From assembly GCA_973895155.1 (NCBI GenBank), contig OZ316898.1:21091292-21155291 (forward strand): a DNA stretch of 64,000 nucleotides, read 5' to 3'. Origin of the DNA: Marsupella aquatica (Eukaryota > Plantae > Marchantiophyta). Position 1 is the first letter of the stretch; each line of letters opens with the position of its first letter. Under the pieces are notes generated by a model. It made no database searches. It had not been told where the DNA came from and saw only the letters and a program-made list of their open reading frames with translations. Below are positions 13,269 to 25,500 of this stretch, piece by piece. The translations under genes and the position numbers were made by a program.

Positions 13269-14239
13269 ATGGCTCCAAGGTTGCCTCTTCACAACCCATT
13301 TACGATTAGGCATCATGATTCTAAATTGTGGATGCGTGAACAAGCTCGGGCCGCCCAAGGTAGGAGTAGGAGGATGAGATGCCCATGCACACAGTGCCAA
13401 GGATTCAAGTTGTTGAGTTTGAACACTGTGCACCTTCACCTGTTGCGGCATGAAAGGCACCCTCGGTGGAGGGTTTGGAATGTACCAGCAAAAGAAGACT
13501 CCTCTGATGAAGAGTGGAGAGCTGACTTTGTGGATTCTAATACAGCTAGGCGTAGAGACTACGTAGAGCAGGACATAGACTGTGTAGAGGATGGTCCTGG
13601 GGTCCAACATGAGAACGTGGATGACCAAGATGGAGATGCAGAGGCAGTCACTGAGGACGGTGGGATGGATGTCCCAAGAATGGTTCAAGAGATTTTTGAC
13701 GACCTTGATGCTTTTTACGACACAGTGGAATCAGAAGAGGACAATGAACCACAGCCACACATTGGAGACGGCCAAGCTGAACCTGACTTTGACATTGGGG
13801 AAGGTGTAGCAGAGAGGGAGTGGGTGTTTGGGGGCCCAAAACACATCAAAGAAGCTTGCATTCCTATCTACAAGGGGTCGAATTGCTCCAAGCTGGGTTT
13901 TGTCGTGTTGTTGTTGAACATCTGTGGCAATCACAATGTTCCCAATATATTTGTGACAGAGTTGTTGACCTTCATGCGCCGAAATGTGTTACCAGATGGT
14001 AATTCAATTCCAAAAAATATGTACAAGGCTAGGAAATTGATGTCTAACCTTGGGCTGAACTATGTGTCTATTGACGCATGCCCTGATGGGTGTGTTCTCT
14101 TTTGCAAAGAGCATGCAGATAAATTGACATGCCCTCATTGTGGTAAGCACAGGTACAAGAATGTAGGCAAATGTACACACCCTGCCAAGGTTCTTCGTCA
14201 TTTTCCTCTCATTCCTAGACTACAACGTCTGTTTAGATG
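13269..14239 (+). pseudogene. CACTA/EnSpm Tnp2-type transposase, N-terminal part, interrupted by family-A insertion
   Basis: CPCTQC...VHLHL (transposase-associated domain), PIYKGSNCSKL, LGLNYVSIDACPDGCVLF, CPHCGKHRY, PAKVLRHFPLIPRLQRLF are hallmark CACTA motifs. Sequence switches to the family-A terminus TGTGGTGCG at 14240. Confidence 0.95.
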
Positions 14240-17200
14240 TGTGGTGCGTCCCATGGCTCCCTAAACCCAAGAAACCCCCCAGCTCAAGCCGATTCCCGCA
14301 AGTTTCGCGCTTGGCGAGGCCGTTTCCGCGGCTTAGCGGCATGGGACGCTGCTAACCTTCTACTACTACTATTAACATTTTACACACATATACTGGACAG
14401 ATCCTTCATCGGGTCATGAGATACGTAGCCGGCCTAATCTAGGCCTTCCCCTGTCTTCCCCTCCGTCTTGTTAGGTATGTTTGGATTCCGCCGCCGGAAT
14501 GATCCCCAATAGGCTTGGTTAAGCCGCTAAGACCTCTCTCAGCTCGACACATCCAACTCTCACTCCCCTGCTTACTTTCCTTCCTTTTGGTTGATGTGGG
14601 CACTCTTCACACAAGTTAATGCGACACACAAATAGCAAAATGACTCATTCTGACTGAGTCATACCATGCACTTGCCATACAAACAGTACATCTCATACAC
14701 AAGTTCTGCGAACTAAGCCATGAGGCCAACTCTATTCAGCTCTTAGGCATGAGGAAACATGAATATACACAAGGGTCACTGTATGACTAACCGAGAGCTT
14801 CTCGTACTACTTGATCCCAGCCCGGCTGGTGCAAACTAAAAACTTGCTAAAGAAGAGGCCCTGAGCTCCCCGCTGCCCAGGTACTTATCCTGGTAGTGGA
14901 TCCGCCATTCTTTGCATCGTAAGCCTAATCTACCTAACAGTAATCTACTTGCCCGAATCTACCTATGTACAGCAAGGCAGGAGCACAAGTGTTGCTCCTA
15001 CCAGTGGGACCGCAATCCCACTAAGCTAAGTGTCAGGGCCGCCCTGCCCACTCACGCCTCCTCCCTCCACGTCCGCCCTCCCTAAAAGGAACGGCGCCCT
15101 TGCACCGTCACGACACCGGTGGTGGATCCTTAATGGACGCCCCCAACGCTTCCTCCTCAGCCACTGCCGTAGGCTCATTCCCTGACAGATTACCTGCCCT
15201 TGACTGAGTCAATTCTCCCTCGGCCTGACTGGGTCCACCATCGGCGTCGGCATCGGCTTGGAAATCGGTTACGGCCTCAGCCTCGGCTACGGTCTCCCCG
15301 GCCTGCTCAAGAGGCGGATCTGGAATACCGGCCTCATTACTGAGTAGTTCGGCTTGGGCCGCACCACCCCCACCTGTGATGATAGCGGGATCTATTGCCG
15401 TATTCATGCCGGAGGATGGTGCTGGTTCTACCTCTTTGGTCACCACGGCTTGTGGAGTCGGATTACTCCTTGACCCTGAAGGTTTCCGCTTTTTCTTCTT
15501 TTCTGGTTTGGCAGCTGGTCCCTTCCCCTTCCCACTTACTTCCGGCACTGGTGCAGTTGGCGCGGCTTTTTCTTCGGCCAGTACCACTCCTGGTAACTTG
15601 GTTGCCCCAATTGGAGTTGGGCCTGATGAAGACAAGCACTTAAATACTGCGGCTTGTTTCTTCAGCCGCTCCGTTTGGTTGTCGGCCCGCCGCTGGAGGT
15701 TCTCCATCTTCCTCATGATTTCCTGCAACTCCTCCTGGGTCTCATCCAGGTCCTTGCGTGCCTCCTCTAGTTCCTTCTGGGCTTCCTCCCGTTCTTGTTT
15801 CAAGGTAGTCCTCTCCTCCTGGGTTGCTCTTAGCTCCTTGTCGAGCTCTGCAATGATGACAGACTCCATCTGGTTCATCTTGGCGTAAGTCTGTTCGAGC
15901 ATCTCGTCCTTCTCCCTTAGGTCGGCCTTGAAGCTGGCCGTCAGGGACGCAAGCTCCTGCTGCAGCGCCATAATCCCTTGATAGGATTTCCCTAACTCGG
16001 CCTCCTTCTGCTCAAGGGCTCCGCGGATTTTCTCGAGCTCCCCCTTCAACGCCCATTCCTTTCTTTGGGTCTCCGCCATGGCCCGGCTGTTGGCTGTTAT
16101 GTGGGCCTCCTCTGTATTCTTCAGCTCTTGCTTCCACTTCTCCCTCTCTTTGATCGTGTCGGCCAACTCTCCCTGCGTCTGAGTTAGTTTATCCTTGATA
16201 TTCTGATTATCAGCCTGCGCGGTGTCCAACTGCCCCTGCATGATGTTCAGCTCATGTTGTTTAATCCGCAGTTCATCTTGGGCTTTCTTGGCCGCCCTTA
16301 GATCTTCAATCTCGGCTTCCATCCTCCTAAGCCGCCGAATGACCTCGTCCTTCTTGCTTCTCTCTAAAGCCACCGCTTCTTCTAATTGGTGCTTCTCCAA
16401 CTGCTCCCTATGGAAAAAGGGTCCTACCTCCAACTCCTCTCCAAAGATGCCGAGCGCAAGTTCCCCACACATCTCACCATACTCCATGGCTCTATTCTTA
16501 GCGTAGGTGGAGTAAGTAGAAGTGATCGGCATCACCCATCGTGGCCTCTGCTCCCAAGCCGTCTTGCGGATCTCTTCAATCGTGGCTAGAGGTTTGCTTC
16601 CTTTTTTGGCTAGCCGCCTGATGTCCTCCGGCCAATCTCCTCCTGGTAAATCCTTTTCCCTAGCCAGGGCTGCCTCCTCTTCCTGCTTGATTCGCTCCTG
16701 AAATTCCTGCACTGTCTGTTTTATGCCGTCGAAGCTCGGGGGAGCAACATCTGGTGGGGGAGACTCAGGGCTACTCTGCTGGTTGGGGTCCCCTCGCACT
16801 ACCCTTGGAAGTGTGGGGACAAACCGGCCACAGGTCCTTACTCCTGGGACGTGATGGTCCGACCCATAGCCGGAATTATCATGGCTGCAGTCCTCCACTG
16901 CCTCCTCTACTTCTTGGCCGTCCGGCTTCTCCCTCTCCTCTTCGTCGGTAGGAGCTTCAGGCAATTCTGCCTCAGATTCGGAGCTTGAGATTCCCACATA
17001 CATTCGAACACCTGGCTTGGATTCAGGCCTGATTCTCTCCTTGTCTCTAGCAAAGGGGTTTTCTCTTGTGAGCCGGTGTAGGCCTACCTCTGTAGTAGTG
17101 TCCTGCATTGTTGCCGTTGCCATTGTTGTTGCCGATGCCGATTTCTTTTCTTTCTCCAGTAGTTTCAGCAGACTCTGCATGCCTGGTTGCTGCATCGGCA

Positions 17201-17574
17201 AGTCCTCCTTCCTGGGCCTAAACACCTGCTCGATCGTAGGGCTAACAGGTGGTTGAGGCTTCTCAGCCAACGGCCTCGGCGTTGGAGCTTCCTCGGGTGC
17301 CCTTACCTACAGGGGAAGTACCGGGGCAAAAGTCTGACCTCTGGCATACCAGCACAACAGCGGCATGTGATAGCCAAGCCGCGACACGCTCCCCATGCCG
17401 ATTACCTGCTGCTCCTCCTTTAAGATCTTCTTCAATTGGTTGAGGAGGTACCCGTTGTAGTCCCGGCTTGGGTCTGGCCTTTCTGCCAGATAGACCTGTG
17501 CCTTGCCGATCTCTGCCCTCGGCAAGTTACAATGCATGGTCACCCGCAAGAAGTCGATCATCTCTCCTATGTGC
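14240..17574 (-). mobile_element. Family-A unit (copy 3), 5'-truncated
   Basis: Near-identical to 22534-25911 except a ~43-bp deletion near 15043. Homology ends at ...CCTATGTGC (17574). No second TSD, so a deletion removed the rest of the unit and the transposase core. Confidence 0.95.
15108..17574 (-). pseudogene. C-terminal part of family-A accessory protein (partial PMD-like, coiled coil)
   Basis: 720-aa ORF 15108-17270 plus upstream frame with CAG>TAG at 17307-17309; near-identical to ORF 23445-26699. Confidence 0.9.
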
Positions 17575-19358
17575 AGCGTACAATAGTAGAGACAGCTGAC
17601 CACACTTCAAAAAAAGTTTATTAAAATGCTTGGAGAGGTAAGGAGTAGGTACATGTCACCCCATGTTGCATTTGAGTTGCAACTTTGTTGGTTGCACATG
17701 TGTTGTGATTTTGGGAGGATGACCTGGCATAGCAGGTCACCTGGTAAGGGTGACCTCTTCACCCAGGTTACCATGCCTTGTGCCATGGGGGTATACCTTG
17801 GAGAATGAGGGATTAGCTCCTCATTCTTCCAAGTTGAGCCTCCCGGCACTAGTAGAGCTCATGTGAGTGTGGCTATGGTGAGAGAGAGAGAGTGTATGCC
17901 GGTTGGCACGTAGAGCGACATTGACAGGGTTCTGCTATGTGTATAGTAGACTTGGAGTCCCGCATGGCTAGCGGGTGAGTTTGGCTCGACTTAGTGATAC
18001 CTTGCAGCGGGGTCCCGTTTCGCAAGAGATTGTTATGGATTTTGGCGTACATGTGTTGTGTGTCGTGTGATTATTTGTTTTTTTGTTTACATGGTGTGCC
18101 GCGATGTGAGTTGTGTATGGATGTGTGTCCGCACTACATACATCTGTCGAAGTCGGGATTACCAGTAAATTCATCGTAATGGGTTAGATATTTTTTTCCC
18201 TCTTTCATAATCGATCCTTACTTGTTGAATAGCTAACGAGGGTCGTGTTCGGAGACATCCTGTTCGGACAGTTTATTCGGTGACGGTGACGGTGACACTA
18301 GCTAGGACAAGAATGCCAACGAGTATGCATGCATAGATTTGGGAAGCTGTTCGTCCCGAGATTCCGGTATTTTATATTTTCCACCGATATATTGCTGGTA
18401 ACCCTTTGTGTTTCCGGAGAGCCTAATGACTGGGTTGTCTGTGTGAGATTTGGGAGCTCACTGACTGTCTGCATTTTGTCATAAAAATGCTTATAGCGTA
18501 ACCTGGGCGCAGAAGGTGTGCCCTCAAAAAAGGCGAGTTAAAGTATCATAGAGTAGTAGAATCGCGTCCTCATAGGCAAACACGACATTCATGCATGAAG
18601 GGAGAAATCTTGTTCGGACAAAGTGTCCAGGCAACCTTGGGTTGGTTGCTCCCTGTGCTCCACCTTTAAGTTCCCCCCCCCTCCATCCCTAATAGAATTG
18701 AAGGATTAAAGGAGACTCTGAATGTCTTGGATGTACATTCATTGAAGATGAAGCTGAGGGAGTTGATTCATTCAGGCGCGAGAGGGACATCGACAAGTTT
18801 ACGGTTTAACATCCCCAAGAGGTAGTACGTAGAATCTTGGAGTACACATGGAACGCAGGTAACGTGTGCGTCATAATAAAACTCATACATTGGTCAATTC
18901 CCGTAGGTACTTGAACCATATATAGGGAGCCAATAATAGCAGCCAGACAAGCAGATTCCCCTCAATTGCTCGGTATCATATCACACCAATGATATGCAAT
19001 TATTAGACGTTGCCATTGCGACTGTAAGTTTCCGGTAAGTCGGGAGCAACTTCACAGGACCGATTAATATCATTTAGGGTTTTAGAGTACAGGACCCTAA
19101 ATCCTAATTGAACCCGAGATTGAACCCTAAAGCAAACCAATAATAAAATGTACCATTCACAGCGTAGGCCACCAAGTGCTCGGGCACCAGATTACCCGAA
19201 CATGACGGAAACTGGAAGCTCATGCAAGATGAAGAGCAATATGTGGTGTAATGACATGTGATGGCTCCAGACGGATTTGTCGTTGTTGGACAACCGTTTG
19301 TCAGTAATTAATAGTTTAGAGTGTGGACCGTCCTCGTGCAAAATTCAAATTAGCAACT

Positions 19359-19546
19359 TTGAATCGAGGAACATGTATGTGTAATATATGTAGTCCAGCC
19401 TGCCATAGTCCATGCCCTGATTGATTTCAATCCAGGAACATATACGTGTAATGTAGTTTAGCCATAGTCCATGGCTGCCCTGATTGAATTGAATCCAGGA
19501 ACATATATGTGCAATATATTCCGGCCATAGTCCATGCCCTGATTGA
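19359..19546. repeat. Tandem repeat, three ~60-bp units
   Basis: AATC(C/G)AGGAACAT...GCCATAGTCCATG...CCCTGATTGA three times. Confidence 0.85.
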
Positions 19547-21117
19547 TAACACAAATATAGCAATCGCTCCCCCACGTACACTGTTCTCTCCGCGATGATA
19601 AGGGGCAAGCCTGTTAATGAGTCGACCAACCCTTATCAGCAAGAGACTGTGGAAATTGGTCGCCGCCAAACTCCAACCTATTATGAAGGTCACGAGTTGG
19701 ATTTAAATCATTCCGGCGGTGTGCTGTGCATGGATAGCATTCCAACCTAATAAAAAAGCATCGCCCTTAAACGGTAAACAAGAAACCAAATCGGTGACGG
19801 CACAAATCATTGCCGGATGAAAACAATGGAATATATATATATATATGCGTCGATGAAGAAGATTGAGGTGAGCTGTAGGGTGTCGCGGACATAATAATAT
19901 AGAAATCTATATGTATTGAAAAGAAAAAACATGCTTAGGAGCGACATGGACAAATGTTGGCCAGTTCACCTCGACAAAAGATCCCTTGCATCGCCGGGTT
20001 TAGGTAGGGGTACGTGTTCATAAAACTGTTTAACGCACATCGTTATTTTCTCCGATGGAATGAAAATACCGGTCACATTTCCGAACACACATGGCAACAC
20101 TGCCAATTGAACTAATTAACCTGCTAGAACGCCTACAGTTTGACGATTGAATATTGGAGGCTGCAGTAACCAGTGCAAGCAAGTCGACAACACTGAAGAA
20201 GCTGTGGCTGTCATCCGTTCCTTTTAGGGTTTAGGGGCGATGCTCACCACGTAAAGAATGATACTGATAGCCACGTACGCTCAGACAAATACCATCAGCA
20301 GCCTCGATCTGAGGACGATTACCCTCCTCAGAACTACTACAACAATCTCTGCAATCCGAGTCCACAGACGTCATCTGTAAGTGGCCATTGGGAAATGGCA
20401 TGCGATCTCAAGAAGCTACCTAGGTACCCAGATCCTCCAAATAGACTATGCAAACTTTGTCAACCTCTGTCGGAGCAGCTGTCAAAATGGCACTCAGACA
20501 TGCCGTCTGGAGAAAGGCCAGGAAGATGTGATTGAATGTGTCGCGCGTGGAGTCGAGGGGTTCGTAATTGGGAATTGCTTTATGTCCCTGTTGTTTAGTC
20601 GCACGAGGATTTGAGCAAAAATAATGCATTCCGGAATGCATCGAGTACAATGAAACCTCACAACCTCGAATGATCAGCTAAGTGGAGCAATGTGTGAGAT
20701 CAATCTTCTTCTTCTACGGTCTCAGTCAGTTGTACCTTCAGTGGGCGGGTCTAACGGTATCCCAAAATGGGCTCCAAATGCTGAGCAAAAACCAGCCTCG
20801 TCGACTTCATTTTGTGCGACCTACGCCGTTGTGCTCGCCTCTGCCTTCGATCTCCAGGCATTGCGCCGACGGAGACGCATCTCGTTCATTTCCCCCGGTG
20901 TTTCTCCGGCCACTATATCTTCTTGGCGATACTCCTCCCCTGGATTCCTCTTCGTACTCCGTCTCCTCATCAACGTGGGTGGGAGCAAACACCAAGAGGT
21001 ACACCTTGGTTGGTGCCGAAGAACTAACCCACCTTATTATTGGGTTCTCATTCTTGAAGAACTCCGCTGAGATTAGTATCCTCTTCATCTTCTTCAGCTA
21101 TATCATCGGATCCGTCG

Positions 21118-21922
21118 TCATCTACGTTTGACATTTATGTCATTGTTGTGGTGGTTTGCTGCTTCGACGTCCCTTGGTCGCGCGAGCTGAAACGGGAGTT
21201 TCCTCGTCCGATTCGTTAATTTGTTGGCGTGTCGCCCACAGGTAGGATCTTTTAATCCTAAGCTATTGTGCAGGATTACACTTACTTTGTATGCCACTAA
21301 AGAAGGGAACCTCGGGCATCCCTTCGCATGGATGGTCTCGGATAGGCAAGCCTTCCATACCTGGACGTGGTGGTAGACTCCCTCCGGCACTGCCTTGGGC
21401 AATGCGAGTTGTGTGGGGCTAGTGTGATGAAAAATCAACACCCATTTGGTGAAGAACTCGACGTAGTTCCGGCGCTCCTTGCTGTTTACAGAGCCATATT
21501 GAATCTTGCTCCGATTTATCGGAACCTCCGCCCGTTGTATAAATGCGGCGGTTTCTCCTGTATCCAGTGCTTCTACCTTATACCCAAGTGGCAGCCTCCC
21601 TACAACTGGTAATCCAAACATATCACACAACCGTGCTTTGGAGATGTTGTAGGTCTTTCCTCCGTAATTTACGAATAACGACTCAGGTGATATTGTCACC
21701 TTAGAAACCTTGGAACACACGCCGCTAGCCATCCCGATTGATAGGCAACGATCCATTCGGATCAGGCCGTAGACGTACTTTGGTCATGTCGAGGAGTCGC
21801 CGACTCTCCTCAATCTGCTGAACCTCGGCATTGGAGTTGCGTAGGTTCTCCTCTGCGGTTAGGACCCCCTTCTTGTTCCTGGCCGGCGGGACCTCGGCTC
21901 GCAGCGGGCTTGATGATGCCAT
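21118..21922 (-). pseudogene. Remote PMD-like transposon accessory gene (member D), frameshifted
   Basis: Overlapping ORFs 21725-21922 and 21118-21756. YGGKTYNISKARLCDMFGLPVVG aligns with RGRNMSLTEERLKMIFGLPEG (B) and YGKDFYLTPKVIAEVFGLPIG (A). Confidence 0.45.
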
Positions 21923-22533
21923 GACTCCAAATGGATTGTTGCTTCCGGATGGTTCAGTTATCGTGAAGCGTTCTATCCGTTGCTGTGATTTCGAGAGCTG
22001 TTTGGAGTGAGGGAGTTTGGAAACTCTAAAGTGGCGCGATGAGCCCCCAGGCCCGAGAAACTTTCTCCCATTGCTTCCTTCGTCGTTCTACCAGTTTCAA
22101 AGTGGCGCGAGCTTCCATGTTTGGACGGCCTGCTCTCAGCGTGAAACTGCGTCGCATCCCCATGTCCTTTGGTCAGAATGATTCCCACGGCCAAACATAC
22201 ACTTGTTAACTCCTAAAGATCCGGTTAGGATCCGAACGGCGGCTGAGCCATCCCCATTCGTAGGCTTTTGGTCGCTCAATGATGCCTTTGCTGCTAACGA
22301 CAAAATTAAGGTGGGCGTCATGCCATGCTTACAATGAAATCGACTGGCTGAACTCGCAGCGTTGCTGCCGCTGATCCAAATCTATGTTTCTGTCTCTCCG
22401 ATGGACAGTGCTCTCACGGACTTTCTTATGCTGTGTGTCAACACCGATAGTGACCCTGCGAAGATCGGACATGTTCAATGCCAGGTGAAAAATCAAAACC
22501 GGTGAAAATCAAATCAGATCGATGAAGGTTTCA

Positions 22534-25500
22534 TGTGGTGCGTCCCATGGCTCCCTAAACCCAAGAAACCCCCCAGCTCAAGCCGATTCCCGCAGGTTTC
22601 GTGCTTGGCGAGGCCGTTTCCGCGGCTTAGCGGCATGGGACGCTGCTAACCTTCTACTACTACTATTAACATTTTACATACATATACTGGACAGATCCTT
22701 CATCGGGTCATGAGATACGTAGCCGGCCTAATATAGGCCTTCCCCTGTCTTCCCCTCCGTCTTGTTAGGTATGTTTGGATTCCGCCGCCGGAATGATCCC
22801 CAATAGGCTTGGTTAAGCCGCTAAGACCTCTCTCAGCTCGACACATCCAACTCTCACTCCCCTGCTTACTTTCCTTCCTTCTGTTGATGTGGGCACTCTT
22901 CACACAAGTTAATGCGACACACAAATAGCAAAATGACTCATTCTGACTGAGTCATACCATGCACTTGCCATACAAACAGTACATCTCATACACAAGTTCT
23001 GCGAACTAAGCCGTGAGGCCAACTCTATTCAGCTCTTAGGCATGAGGAAACATGAATATACACAAGGGTCACTGTATGACTAACCGAGAGCTTCTCGTAC
23101 TACTTGATCCCAGCCCGGCTGGTGCAAACTAAAAACTTGCTAAAGAAGAGGCCCTGAGCTCCCCGCTGCCCAGGTACTTATCCTGGTAGTGGATCCGCCA
23201 TTCTTTGCATCGTAAGCCTAATCTACTTAACAGTAATCTACTTGCCCGAATCTACCTATGTACAGCAAGGCAGGAGCACAAGTGTTGCTCCTACCAGTGG
23301 GACCGCAATCCCACTAAGCTAAGTGTCAGGGCCGCTCCTGGTTCTGATCCTAATCCTAAACATGGAGATCCGCGCCCGCCCTGCCCACTCACGCCTCCTC
23401 CCTCCACGTCCGCCCTCCCTAAAAGGAACGGCGCCCTTGCACCGTCACGACACCGGTGGTGGATCCTTAATGGACGCCCCCAACGCTTCCTCCTCAGCCA
23501 CTGCCGTAGGCTCATTCCCTGACAGATTACCTGCCCTTGACTGAGTCAATTCTCCCTTGGCCTGACTGGGTCCACCATCGGCGTCGGCATCGGCTTGGAA
23601 ATCGGTTACGGCCTCAGCCTCGGCTACGGTCTCCCCGGCCTGCTCAAGAGGCGGATCTGGAATACCGGCCTCATTACTGAGTAGTTCGGCTTGGGCCGCA
23701 CCACCCCCACCTGTGATGATAGCGGGATCTATTGCCGTATTCATGCCGGAGGATGGTGCTGGTTCTACCTCTTTGGTCACCACGGCTTGTGGAGTCGGAT
23801 TACTCCTTGACCCTGAAGGTTTCCGCTTTTTCTTCTTTTCTGGTTTGGCAGCTGGTCCCTTCCCCTTCCCACTTACTTCCGGCACTGGTGCAGTTGGCGC
23901 GGCTTTTTCTTCGGCCAGTACCACTCCTGGTAACTTGGTTGCCCCAATTGGAGTTGGGCCTGATGAAGACAAGCACTTAAATACTGCGGCTTGTTTCTTC
24001 AGCCGCTCCGTTTGGTTGTCGGCCCGCCGCTGGAGGTTCTCCATCTTCCTCATGATTTCCTGCAACTCCTCCTGGGTCTCATCCAGGTCCTTGCGTGCCT
24101 CCTCTAGTTCCTTCTGGGCTTCCTCCCGTTCTTGTTTCAAGGTAGTCCTCTCCTCCTGGGTTGCTCTTAGCTCCTTGTCGAGCTCTGCAATGATGACAGA
24201 CTCCATCTGGTTCATCTTGGCGTAAGTCTGTTCGAGCATCTCGTCCTTCTCCCTTAGGTCGGCCTTGAAGCTGGCCGTCAGGGACGCAAGCTCTTGCTGC
24301 AGCGCCATAATCCCTTGATAGGATTTCCCTAACTCGGCCTCCTTCTGCTCAAGGGCTCCGCGGATTTTCTCGAGCTCCCCCTTCAACGCCCATTCCTTTC
24401 TTTGGGTCTCCGCCATGGCCCGGCTGTTGGCTGTTATGTGGGCCTCCTCTGTATTCTTCAGCTCTTGCTTCCACTTCTCCCTCTCTTTGATCGTGTCGGC
24501 CAACTCTCCCTGCGTCTGAGTTAGTTTATCCTTGATATTCTGATTATCAGCCTGCGCGGTGTCCAACTGCCCCTGCATGATGTTCAGCTCATGTTGTTTA
24601 ATCCGCAGTTCATCTTGGGCTTTCTTGGCCGCCCTTAGATCTTCAATCTCGGCTTCCATCCTCCTAAGCCGCCGAATGACCTCGTCCTTCTTGCTTCTCT
24701 CTAAAGCCACCGCTTCTTCTAATTGGTGCTTCTCCAACTGCTCCCTATGGAAAAAGGGTCCTACCTCCAACTCCTCTCCAAAGATGCCGAGCGCAAGTTC
24801 CCCACACATCTCACCATACTCCATGGCTCTATTCTTAGCGTAGGTGGAGTAAGTAGAAGTGATCGGCATCGCCCATCGCGGCCTCTGCTCCCAAGCCGTC
24901 CTGCGGATCTCTTCAATCGTGGCTAGAGGTTTGCTTCCTTTTTTGGCTAGCCGCCTGATGTCCTTCGGCCAATCTCCTCCTGGTAAATCCTTTTCCTTAG
25001 CCAGGGCGGCCTCCTCCTCCTGCTTGATTCGCTCCTGAAATTCCTGCACCGTCTGTTTTATGCCGTCGAAGCTCGGGGGAGCAACATCTGGTGGGGGAGA
25101 CTCAGGGCTACTCTGCTGGTTGGGGTCCCCTCGCACTACCCTTGGAAGTGTGGGGACAAACCGGCCACAGGTCCTTACTCCTGGAACGTGATGGTCCGAC
25201 CCATAGCCGGAATTATCATGGCTGCAGTCCTCCACTGCCTCCTCTACCTCTTGGACGTCCGACTTCTCCCTCTCCTCTTCGTCGGTAGGAGCTTCAGGCA
25301 ATTCTGCCTCAGATTTGGAGCTTGAGGTTCCCACATACATTCGAACACCTGGCTTGGATTCCGGCCTGATTCTCTCCTTGTCTCCAGCAAAGGGGTTTTC
25401 TCTTGTGAGCCGGTGTAGGCCTACCTCTGTAGTAGTGTCCTGCATTGTTGCCGTTGCCGTTGTTGTTGCCGATGCCGATTTCTTTTCTTTCTCCAGTAGT

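Larger units (their letters stand above)
2353..17800 (+). mobile_element. Large CACTA/EnSpm DNA transposon (left terminus seen; right end not found, end coordinate approximate)
   Basis: Begins CACTAGTAGAAACCGGGG at 2353; co-oriented Tnp2-type transposase at 13269. No inverted right TIR located, so continuity between terminus and transposase is inferred. Confidence 0.6.

Noticed and set aside
15108-17270. Myosin/tropomyosin/SMC-like call for the coiled-coil ORFs
   Set aside because: Generic heptad composition only; the sequence is part of the family-A TE protein.
17847-17856. CACTAGTAGA, identical to the first 10 nt of the CACTA terminus
   Set aside because: Same orientation as the left end, so it cannot be the right TIR; similarity does not extend further.
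19359-19546. Repeat-spacer-like array
   Set aside because: Units are whole diverged tandem copies without unique spacers, in a eukaryotic context; not CRISPR.
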